Assembly (NCBI GenBank): GCA_030740155.1 | Contig: JASLXV010000085.1 | Span: 32,001-96,000 of the forward strand | Source of the DNA: Dehalococcoidia bacterium | GTDB taxonomy: Bacteria > Chloroflexota > Dehalococcoidia > Lucifugimonadales > UBA3495 | Length of the DNA stretch: 64,000 bases | Reading direction: 5' to 3' | Shown: positions 39,289-47,880 of the stretch, piece after piece | Position numbering within the stretch: the first letter of the stretch is position 1 | Layout: the number at the start of each line of letters is the position of its first letter | The notes under the pieces: generated by a model | The model's input: the letters and a program-made list of their open reading frames with translations, nothing else | Told to the model about the DNA's origin: nothing | Databases searched by the model: none | Translations under genes and position numbers: made by a program

Positions 39289-39873
39289 ATTCTGGCCCGG
39301 AGGCCTCGCCGGTATCCAGGCGCACCATCCCGGTCCGGCGGCCAACCTGCCGGACCACTCGACGGCAGTTCGAGAGGGGGCTGCTCCGGAAAGTGTATCC
39401 GCCGTCCAGGTTCCGTCTAAGCATCCCAGCCAACCGGGCCACCTGCTCGTCGGCGCGCTCGCGCAAGTGGCCGACCCAATTCGATGCCGGCTGAAAAGGG
39501 TAAGGCCGTTGCTGGCCGGTGTATACTAGCTGTGGCGCACGAGAGTTGACAGTGGCGGAACGGCCGCCGGATGTTCTAGCCGAAAGATATTCCGGGTCCG
39601 GCGCACAACGGTCCTCGTGCGCGCCTGGACCAGCTCCCGAGACGGGAAGTGTTTGCAGAAATCAAGCTGTAGCGATGACCTGTCTCGGTCTTCCAGGCCG
39701 CGCCGCTATCGGCCCGGAGCCATTCTACGCCCTGATCGACGGACTGTAGGCGTGGATTAGGTCTTGGGCGGCCGGTATCGGGACCAGTCTCGAGCTGGAA
39801 AGCCGACAACCGTTGCCTGATAAAGATACCGCGGCGCTCACGCCGAGCGGAACCATCCCCAAGGGGAGGCGGA

Positions 39874-41448
39874 ATGGGGGCTCCTAAGTCAGACTCTTAC
39901 GATGTTGTGGTGATCGGCGCGGGCCTGGCGGGCATGACGGCCGGCGCCATGCTGGCCAAGCAAGGGATGCGAGTGCTGGTGGCGGACCACCGGCCTTCTC
40001 CGGGGGGAGTTTGCCACAGCTTCGAACGCGAGGGCTTCACCTTCGACGTGGGGCCCCACCTGCTCAGCGGCTGTAGCGATGGATGGGTGGTGGACCAAGC
40101 TTTGCGCCGCATCGGCGGCCGTGACCAGGTGGAGTTCCTTCCGGTCAACCCGCTGGCCCGGGTTGTCTTCCCGGAGCACACATTCGACATTCCCGCCGAC
40201 GGAGAAGCGTTTCTGGATATACTCTCCGAACACTTCCCCGGCGAGCGCCGCCAGCTCGGCATGCTGTTCGGAGAGATGCTGGCCATGTACCGTGAGGTGG
40301 ACGAGCTGCCGCACACCTTCGGCATCTGGCAATACCTGAAGGTGCCGGTCAACCAGCCTATCTTTCTCAAGTATCCGGCCAAAACCTACCAGGATGCCAT
40401 GGACAACTTTGTCCTGGATCCGCGCCTCAAGGCCGCCATGGCGTCTCTGTGGGTCTTCTTCGGCCTGCCTCCGTCCCGCATATCGGCGGTATTTTGGACG
40501 ATGGTCATGGCCACCTATTTCCTGGGCGGCGGGTCCTATCCCAAAGGCGGGCTGTCGCATCTGGCGCAGGCCTTCGCCTCCGGACTGGAGCAGTCTGGCG
40601 GGGAGCTGCTGCTGAACGCCCGCGCCGAAAAAATCCTGGTGTCCAAGGGACGGGTGACAGGCGTCAAATTCACGGACGTGACCGGGCGGTGGCTGCCCGA
40701 CGGAAGAGCCGCCAGCCCGGACGGGACCTCGGGGGAGAACTTTCAGGTGAACGCGTCTCACGTTGTGTCCACCGGGGATGCCATGGACACCCTCCTCAAC
40801 CTCGTTGGAGTGGAGCAACTGCCGGGCAAGTTCGTCAAGGGCCTCAAGAAGTTGGAGCCGTCCCTGTCGCTGGTCAAGGTGGCGCTGGGCGTGGATTTGG
40901 ATATGGCGGCCGCCGGGTTCGGGCGGCACGACACCGTCTTCTACGATACCTATGACATGGATCGAGTCTTCGGCAGGATGATGTCCGGACTTCCCGACGC
41001 CCCGTGCGATGTCACGGTACCTTCGGTAACCGACCCGTCGCTGGCGCCCCAGGGGGCCCACACCGTTTACCTGTGGAACTACGTACCTTATTCGGAGGCT
41101 CGGGACTGGCAGGCCACCGGAGGAGAGGTCGCCAAACGCTTCGTGAAGTGGATGGACGACCGGGCTCCGGGTTTCGCCGGGGCGGTGCAGCAACAGGTCG
41201 TTGCCACCCCGGAGACCCTTCGGGAGTTCGCCTTGACGGTGGATGGCGCTCCCTACGGGTGGGCGTTCTCCCCTCAGCAGATGGGCTTCAACCGGCTTCA
41301 ACCTAGGACTCCCATCAAAGGGTTGTACCTGGCGGGCCATTGGACCACGCCGGGTGCCGGGGTTGCCGGAGTGGTCATGTCTGGGGAGCGCACGGCGAAT
41401 ATTGTGGCGGCAAAAGAGGGGTTCGCGCTATGGCGGAAGAGCGCATAG
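39874..41448 (+). CDS. Phytoene desaturase (CrtI/CrtISO/retinol saturase) family FAD oxidoreductase
   Basis: VVIGAGLAG, GG...F.REGFTFDVG, YPKGG, PSVTDPSLAP, GLYLAG..T.PG.GV.GV..SG. Confidence 0.9.
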   Translation: MGAPKSDSYDVVVIGAGLAGMTAGAMLAKQGMRVLVADHRPSPGGVCHSFEREGFTFDVGPHLLSGCSDGWVVDQALRRIGGRDQVEFLPVNPLARVVFPEHTFDIPADGEAFLDILSEHFPGERRQLGMLFGEMLAMYREVDELPHTFGIWQYLKVPVNQPIFLKYPAKTYQDAMDNFVLDPRLKAAMASLWVFFGLPPSRISAVFWTMVMATYFLGGGSYPKGGLSHLAQAFASGLEQSGGELLLNARAEKILVSKGRVTGVKFTDVTGRWLPDGRAASPDGTSGENFQVNASHVVSTGDAMDTLLNLVGVEQLPGKFVKGLKKLEPSLSLVKVALGVDLDMAAAGFGRHDTVFYDTYDMDRVFGRMMSGLPDAPCDVTVPSVTDPSLAPQGAHTVYLWNYVPYSEARDWQATGGEVAKRFVKWMDDRAPGFAGAVQQQVVATPETLREFALTVDGAPYGWAFSPQQMGFNRLQPRTPIKGLYLAGHWTTPGAGVAGVVMSGERTANIVAAKEGFALWRKSA

Positions 41449-42371
41449 TAGCTCGAAACTGGTCCAGCAAGATCTCGATCTGGTACCGGGAGACCCGTCC
41501 CCCGTTTCTGACGGCCTCGGTCGTGCCCATCCTGTTGGGCACCTGCATGGCTTGGAGCCGGGAAGGCGAATGGGACTGGGGTCTCTTCGCGCTGGCTATG
41601 TTGGGAGGGGTCCTCCTACACGTCGGCACCAACGTCATCAATGATTACTTCGACCATAGGTCGGGCGCCGATAACGTGAACTTCGAGTTCGTACGCCCCT
41701 ATGGCGGCGGGAGCCGGATGATTCAGCTTCAACTGATGTCTCCCCGGGAGGTGCTGCTGGAGTCCATCCTCGCCTTCGCAGGGGCGATACTGGCGGGAGT
41801 GGCGCTTATTTTCCTGGTGGGTATCCCTATCCTGTATATCGGACTGGCGGGTCTCCTTTCGGGTGTTCTCTACACCGTCTGGCTGGTGCGCGTGGGCGTG
41901 GGTGAGTTGTTTGTCGGCCTGAACTTCGGCGTGCTCATGACCGTGGGCGCCTATTACGTTCAAACCCGCGCCGTCTCCACCGAGGTGGTTGCGGCCTCCA
42001 TCCCTCTGGCGCTCCTGATCGCGGTGGTCCTGTTCATCAACCAATTCCAAGACTATACGGCGGACAAAGCTACGGGGAAGCACAACCTGGTGGTCCGCCT
42101 GGGCAGGGCCCGCTCGTCGGTCGTGTTCGCGGCAATGCTGGCCGCCAGCTACCTGTCGTTGATCGTGGGCGTGGCCGCGTTCGATGTCTCGCCCTTCACG
42201 TTGCTGGCGTTGTTGACCGTGCCACTGGCGTGGAAGGCAGGGCGGACGGCCCGGCGCTTCTACGACGATTACCTTCGGCTCACGCCGGCGAACCAGTCCA
42301 CCATCATGGTTCACATGCTCGCCGCCCTTTTGATGACCCTGGGCTACGCGGTCCAGAAGGCCGTCAGCTAG
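41430..42371 (+). CDS. menA: 1,4-dihydroxy-2-naphthoate polyprenyltransferase
   Basis: RPPFLTAS, NVINDYFDH..GAD, GGSR, GVGE, NQFQD..AD...GK.NL.VRLG; overlaps the upstream gene by 19 nt. Confidence 0.88.
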   Translation: MAEERIVARNWSSKISIWYRETRPPFLTASVVPILLGTCMAWSREGEWDWGLFALAMLGGVLLHVGTNVINDYFDHRSGADNVNFEFVRPYGGGSRMIQLQLMSPREVLLESILAFAGAILAGVALIFLVGIPILYIGLAGLLSGVLYTVWLVRVGVGELFVGLNFGVLMTVGAYYVQTRAVSTEVVAASIPLALLIAVVLFINQFQDYTADKATGKHNLVVRLGRARSSVVFAAMLAASYLSLIVGVAAFDVSPFTLLALLTVPLAWKAGRTARRFYDDYLRLTPANQSTIMVHMLAALLMTLGYAVQKAVS

Positions 42372-42812
42372 CGGCTGCCGTTAAAGGCTGCGGGGTCAGC
42401 GCGTGGCCTTTGGCCGTCGCCGCGCCTTGGCGGTGGGACTGGGCCTCCGCCGGCGGGCGAATTGCCCTGAATCGGTTAATCCGGATCGGAGATTTCCCCT
42501 CATCCATCTTTCCTCTCCTCACCCTGGTGGCGGCTGTCATGACCCACGGGTTTTCAGGATAGCCGAGTCGACTGGGGCCGGCTACGGCGACGCTGTTGTG
42601 TCCGGGAGCGAGGCTGCAGATTTAATGGTGTGTCGTAATACACCGGTAATTCTCAGGGGTGTAAAAGGGAAGCGGGTGGCAAGGGATCAATCTCGGGGTC
42701 ATGCCATTGGCGCATTTTCATTTAAGTTAACGAGTTGTATCATAAATACATCACCATGATTGGAGCCGGAGCCGGCGGCTGGCTCGGCGCTGCCAATTTG
42801 GGAAGAGGGCTT

Positions 42813-44654
42813 TTGAGAAACCTGGCGAGCTTTCTGGTGCACCTGTTCGGCAGGGATGAAGACCTGAGCCATGTGTATCTCTCCGTCGTGCACGACCGGT
42901 GCTTGCTGTGTGAGGAGCCCATCAGCGAATCCGCGGCCTACCTGACCTACCGGGTATGCCCATTTTGCCGTTTCCACTACACCCTGACCGCCAGAGAGCG
43001 GATCGAGCAACTGGCCGATAAGGGCAGTTTCAAAGAGTCCCACAAGTACCTCAGTTCAGTGGCCCCCCTCTCGTTTTCCCGGCGAGGCCGCTACCGAAAG
43101 CTGCTCGTCCAGGACCAAAACCGCACCGGCCTAACCGAGGCCGCGGTGACGGGCCGCTGTCGAATCGACGGCTTAGAGCTGATGCTGGTGGTTTTGGACT
43201 TTGGTTTCATGGGCGGCAGCATGGGCAGCGTAGTGGGAGAGAAGGTGGCCATGGCCCTGGAGACGGCAGCCCGCCGGGAACTTCCCCTGCTGGCGCTGGT
43301 TTCCGGCGGTGGCGCCCGGGTTCAAGAAGGTGTCCTGTCGTTGATGCAGATGGCTAAAACCGTGACCGCGGCCAAACGGCTACGGGAGGCCGGAGCCCCG
43401 TTCATAGTGGTGCTCGCCAACCCCTCCACGGGCCAGGCCTACGCTAGCTTCGCCAACCTGGCCGACGTAATTCTGGCCGAGCCGGGCTCTCTGATCGGGC
43501 TATCGCCGTTGAGGACCTTGCGTGAGATATCCAAGGCCCCGCTGCCTCTTGACGCCCACACCGCCGAGGCCCATCTGGGACATGGCCTCTTGGACAATGT
43601 GGTGGACCGGGAAGCCCTGCAGTCACGGCTTTCAACGCTATTGCAGATACTCACCTCCCAGAAGCAGAGCAAAGGGAACCACAAGGACCTGCTTCAGACC
43701 GAGCTGGAGGTGGCCGCGGAAACTGGGGTCTGGGAGGCGGTAACCATCGCCCGGAACGAGGAACGTCCTCTGGCGATTGCCTACATGCGGTCGATGCTGG
43801 ACCCTTTCTTCGAGTTGCGAGGAGACCGTTTGAGCAGCGACGACCGGTCGGTTGTCGGAGGAGTCGGGTTCCTGTTGGGGGAGCCGGTGGTCGTCATCGG
43901 CCAGCAACGCCGCGCTCCGCTACAGGGCCAGCGGTACCACGTGTGCCCCGACGGTCTACGCAAGGCCCAGCGGCTGATCTCCCTGGCAGGCCGGTTCAAG
44001 CTCCCTCTGGTGACGCTGATCGACACGCAGGGAGCCGATCCAAGTCTGGAAGCGGAGGAGCAGGGCATCGGCAATGCCATTGCCAACACCCTGTCATTGA
44101 TGGTCGAGGCGCCCGTTCCGATCGTCTCCGTGATCATTGGGGAAGGCGGCAGCGAAGGGGCGTTGGCTCTTGGGATGTCCGACCGCATTCTCATGCAACA
44201 GTACGCCATCTACTCACCGATCTCGTTGAACCGCAACCTGGGCGGACCTTTCCCCGACCGGATGTTGGACCGGGAGGCGGCGGAAGCGTTGATGCTGACG
44301 GTCCAGGACTGTTCGGAGCTGGGCATCGTCGATCAGGCGGTGCCGGAACCGGAAGGCGGGTCTCACACGAACCCCAGGGAAGCGGCGAGCGTGATGCAGT
44401 TGGCCGTCGTCAAGCAAATTGCGGAACTCTCCAAGCTGTCCCCGAGCAAGCTGCTCAAGCGGCGCTATCAGAAGTACCGCCGGATGGGCGAGCGAAGCGC
44501 GTTTTCTCAGGAAGCCATGAGCCTGGAAGTGGAGCTGTTGATCAATATCGCCGCCCATGGCCAGCGGCAGGGCCGCGCCGTCCGGGCCCAGAAAGTAAAG
44601 GCTCCGGAGGGAGAGCCTATCGAAGCCCTGGCTACCGCCGCGATAGAAACCTAG
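42813..44654 (+). CDS. accD: Fused acetyl-CoA carboxylase carboxyltransferase beta/alpha (AccD-AccA)
   Basis: Zn finger CLLC...CPFC, FMGGSMGSVVGEK, GGARVQEG (beta); RGDR, GLRKAQRL, IDTQGA, GEGGSEGALA (alpha) in one frame. Start uncertain (42735-42813). Confidence 0.9.
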   Translation: MRNLASFLVHLFGRDEDLSHVYLSVVHDRCLLCEEPISESAAYLTYRVCPFCRFHYTLTARERIEQLADKGSFKESHKYLSSVAPLSFSRRGRYRKLLVQDQNRTGLTEAAVTGRCRIDGLELMLVVLDFGFMGGSMGSVVGEKVAMALETAARRELPLLALVSGGGARVQEGVLSLMQMAKTVTAAKRLREAGAPFIVVLANPSTGQAYASFANLADVILAEPGSLIGLSPLRTLREISKAPLPLDAHTAEAHLGHGLLDNVVDREALQSRLSTLLQILTSQKQSKGNHKDLLQTELEVAAETGVWEAVTIARNEERPLAIAYMRSMLDPFFELRGDRLSSDDRSVVGGVGFLLGEPVVVIGQQRRAPLQGQRYHVCPDGLRKAQRLISLAGRFKLPLVTLIDTQGADPSLEAEEQGIGNAIANTLSLMVEAPVPIVSVIIGEGGSEGALALGMSDRILMQQYAIYSPISLNRNLGGPFPDRMLDREAAEALMLTVQDCSELGIVDQAVPEPEGGSHTNPREAASVMQLAVVKQIAELSKLSPSKLLKRRYQKYRRMGERSAFSQEAMSLEVELLINIAAHGQRQGRAVRAQKVKAPEGEPIEALATAAIET

Positions 44655-44670
44655 CGGAGCGCCGTAAAGG

Positions 44671-45480
44671 TCAGGCTGCTTCTCGTCCCAATTCCCGCAG
44701 GCTCTTCTTGACCTCCTCGGCCAAGCGGACGTACTCATCGCCCACCGCCTCGTCGACCAAGGCGGTCGGTCTGGAGTTGTCCTGGTAGGACGACCGTAGC
44801 GCGATGGTTCCCAGGAAAGGTGCTTCAACATCCTGGGCCAGCACCTTGCCGGCGCCCTCGCCAAATATCTCGCCGGTGTAGTTTTCGACAATCCCCAGGA
44901 CGTTCAGGTTGAGCTTCCGGATCATGTTGATGCAACGTTTGGCGTCTATGTTGGCCAGTTGCTGGGGAGTGCTAACGACCACGAAGCCGTCCATGGGCAA
45001 AGTCTGCATGATGGTCAACGGAGCGTCTGAGGTGCCGGGGGGCAGGTCCACCACCAGATAATCCAACTCGCCCCATTCAGTGATCTCCAGGAACTGATTG
45101 ATAGCGTTGTGAATCATCGGCCCGCGCCAGATAATGGCCTCTTCTTCATTCTCCTGGAAAAAAGCCATCGACACCACTTTGACTCCCCATTTTTGTGAAG
45201 GAAGAATCTGGCCGTCGACGAAGTCCGGTTTGTCGGCGATGCCCAGAACCTTCGTTGCGTTGGGGCAGTCGATGTCCACGTCCAGCAGCCCGACCAGCTT
45301 TCCCTCCTGGGCCAGGGTAACGGCCAGGTTCACCGCGACGGTGGTCTTCCCGACGCCTCCCTTGCCGCTGTAAACTCCGATCTTGGTCCCGATCTTGGAC
45401 AGGCGGCCCGTTATTTGGCGCTTTTGCTGCCAGCTTCGTTTGATCTGCTCCAGCCTGGGGTTTCCTTCGGGAGTCGACAT
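44671..45480 (-). CDS. mrp: Mrp/NBP35 (ApbC) family P-loop ATPase
   Basis: SGKGGVGKTT, WRGPM, WGELDYL.VDLPPGTSD, STPQ, GIVEN. Confidence 0.9.
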   Translation of the reverse strand: MSTPEGNPRLEQIKRSWQQKRQITGRLSKIGTKIGVYSGKGGVGKTTVAVNLAVTLAQEGKLVGLLDVDIDCPNATKVLGIADKPDFVDGQILPSQKWGVKVVSMAFFQENEEEAIIWRGPMIHNAINQFLEITEWGELDYLVVDLPPGTSDAPLTIMQTLPMDGFVVVSTPQQLANIDAKRCINMIRKLNLNVLGIVENYTGEIFGEGAGKVLAQDVEAPFLGTIALRSSYQDNSRPTALVDEAVGDEYVRLAEEVKKSLRELGREAA

Positions 45481-45918
45481 GCTTTATTCCTTTCGGCCGC
45501 CATCATCGGTGGAGTTCTGCCGGCGGAGTACGCGGCGTTCCTTCGGGCGAGCCCTGCTATTTGCTTTGGCAGGTTATCCTAAAGCCGCCCGGCCTCACCG
45601 GGCGAAGCGTTGATCGGCAGGTTGAGCACACGATAAGGCCGCAGGGACTGGCCTGCGGCCGGAGCCGGGGACGGACGGCCCCACCAATCTTTCCCGTATC
45701 ACCGGGGGTGTCGAGGGGCGGTCTCGTCGGCCTATCGAGCCACGAGGCCCGTGATTATCTTGGTCAAATCGCCGGGCTTCATGGGCGGCCGGCGCCGCAT
45801 TGAGACTTCTCGGTTCACCGTGGCGGCGGCGGCATCGAATCCGTGGGTCGCCTGGCCGTTTCCCGGGTGCAGCGCGGAATATTCCGGTACAGGCGGGCCG
45901 GGCGACGCGAGATGAGCG

Positions 45919-46227
45919 CTAGATCCCCAACATGGACCTGGCTTCTTCGCTAATCAGGTCGGGCGTCCAGGGCGGATCGAAGACCAACTCTACCTCCACA
46001 TCATTCACCCCTTCGATCTCCTGGATGGCCGTTTCCGCCTGCTGCGCGATGAACGGTCCCATTCCGCAACCCGCGAAGGTCAACGTCATCTGGACATAAA
46101 CATCGCTGCCGGTGACCTGGACATCGTAGATAAGCCCTAGGTCCACAATGTTCACCGGTATTTCCGGATCGAATACGCTTTTTAGGGTCTCAAAGACAAC
46201 CTCTTGCGTTACCGTGGCCTCCGCCAT
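45919..46227 (-). CDS. Metal-sulfur cluster assembly factor (SufT/PaaD, DUF59)
   Basis: VFDPEIPVNIVDLGLIY, MTLTFAGC, LVFDPPW; AGGAGG SD. Confidence 0.92.
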   Translation of the reverse strand: MAEATVTQEVVFETLKSVFDPEIPVNIVDLGLIYDVQVTGSDVYVQMTLTFAGCGMGPFIAQQAETAIQEIEGVNDVEVELVFDPPWTPDLISEEARSMLGI

Positions 46228-46256
46228 TCTCTCCTCCTGCTGCCGGGCCTTAACCA

Positions 46257-46288
46257 ATTATATATAATGTTGACTGAATAGGTCAACA
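46257..46288 (-). promoter_or_regulatory. sufT promoter with an overlapping palindromic operator (IscR/Rrf2-like)
   Basis: TTGACC-18 nt-TATAAT on the minus strand; palindrome TGTTGAC-N7-GTCAACA at 46268-46288 covers the -35. Confidence 0.7.
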
Positions 46289-46457
46289 ATCTGATTTAGT
46301 GTCTCGTAGGCGGCTCGATCCCCAGCCGGCCGTCCCGGCGAAGGCCGGGTACCGGCGAAAACATCTCTGGATTCCGGCCTCGATGGCGTCGGGGACGATG
46401 GCCGGAAGGGCGTGTTACACAGGTTCGCCGGTGTAAAGCTATTTGCCAGACAGGCTA

Positions 46458-47426
46458 CTAGGGAATGAGCAGCATCTTGCCGGTGGTGGCTCGGCCCTCT
46501 AGCTGACGGTGGGCCTCGGCTGCCTCCGACAGGGGCAATACGTGCTCGACCCGCAGCTTCAGTTCTCCGGTCTTCACCCAGTTCAGCACGTCCCCAGCGC
46601 GTTTTTCCAGCTCCTCCCTGGTTACGGTATAATCGCCCAGGCCGGGCCGGGTGAGAAACCGGGAGCCGTTGCCGAGGATCCTCGGGTTCAGAGGTGGCAC
46701 GGGGCCGCTGGCCTGGCCGTACAGCACCATGTAGCCCCGGCGGGCCAGGCAGCTAAGGCCCTTGTCGAAGGTGGTCCGACCCACGCCGTCGTAGACTGCC
46801 TGAACGCCCGCTCCGCCGGTCTCCCGTTTGACCTCCTCAGCGAAATCCTGCTGGGTGTAGATGATGACGTGGTCGGCGCCGGCCCCCCGGGACAGCTCCG
46901 CCTTGGCCTCGGTGGAGACCGTGGAGAAAACGTAGCCGCCCAGGCGCTTGATCATCTGCGTGAGCAGCAGCCCGGTACCGCCGGCGCTTGCGTGGACCAG
47001 AACCCGGTCGCCGTCCTGCACCGGGTAGGTGCTGTGGCACAGGTAATGGGCGGTCATCCCCTGTAGAATGGCCGCTGCCCCCGCCTGGGCGTCCAGACCC
47101 TGGGGCATCTTGATGAGCCGGGAGGCGGGGACCACCGCCCGCTCGGCGTAGGAGCCCGGAACACTGCAGTAAACCACCAGATCACCGGTGCTGACACTGG
47201 TGACACCGAGACCAACGTCCCGCACCACCCCCGCGCCCTCCACCCCGATGGTTCTCGGGAGGGGCGGCCCCGGGTTGATGCCGGCCCGGCTGTAAACATC
47301 GGTGAAGTTGACCCCTACCGCCTGGATTTCTACGACCGCCTCTCCGTCGCCGGGAGCCGGGTCAGGCACGTCTTGGTATTTCATGACCTCAGGGCCACCG
47401 AACTCAGTGATCTGTATCGCTTTCAT
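46458..47426 (-). CDS. qor: NADPH:quinone oxidoreductase (zeta-crystallin family)
   Basis: GGPEVM, GVNFTD, GVEGAG, QGMTAHYL, HASAGGTG, YDGVG, TTGK; AAGGAG SD. Confidence 0.9.
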   Translation of the reverse strand: MKAIQITEFGGPEVMKYQDVPDPAPGDGEAVVEIQAVGVNFTDVYSRAGINPGPPLPRTIGVEGAGVVRDVGLGVTSVSTGDLVVYCSVPGSYAERAVVPASRLIKMPQGLDAQAGAAAILQGMTAHYLCHSTYPVQDGDRVLVHASAGGTGLLLTQMIKRLGGYVFSTVSTEAKAELSRGAGADHVIIYTQQDFAEEVKRETGGAGVQAVYDGVGRTTFDKGLSCLARRGYMVLYGQASGPVPPLNPRILGNGSRFLTRPGLGDYTVTREELEKRAGDVLNWVKTGELKLRVEHVLPLSEAAEAHRQLEGRATTGKMLLIP

Positions 47427-47741
47427 GGCTGCTCCTTTTGAGATCAAAATGAAGCCAAGGCGACAGTATACACCGGATCGGAACGCCGGCACCCGAAGCT
47501 GAACGACAGGAGACGATGCGCGGGATCAACCGAGAGGATGTCCCGCGTGCCACCGCCTACCGGACCTCTTGAACTAAGCACTCGGAGCCGTGAATCTTTG
47601 CGGAGGCGGAAAGGGAACAGGTAGAATGTGAGATGTGTAGAGAGCGCCCTCTCTTCATCGCCGTGACGTATTTACCCGAGGGGAGTGTTGGCCGGGGACT
47701 TTGCCGGCCCTTGAGAAGACGGCGGGCATGCATGGTGAGCG

Positions 47742-47776
47742 AAATCCCCCTGTATCCCCCTTTACAAAGGGGGACT
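47742..47776. repeat. REP-like element, family D (ATCCCCCT..TCCCCCTTT-NN-AAAGGGGGA)
   Basis: Hairpin TCCCCCTTT-AC-AAAGGGGGA; degenerate relatives at about 11483-11510 and 17378-17462. Confidence 0.6.
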
Positions 47777-47880
47777 GGATGGGCACTACTCGTTGGGATG
47801 TCTTGCAGCTTCGGCAAGGATTGGTAACCTGAATGAAAAAGTTGCACCGGCTGCCATCGTGATCCCCATGGACGTAGCAA

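Noticed and set aside
39290..39873. Riboswitch or small gene upstream of the CrtI-like/menA pair
   Set aside because: No recognisable aptamer consensus or convincing ORF; an Rfam scan would be needed.
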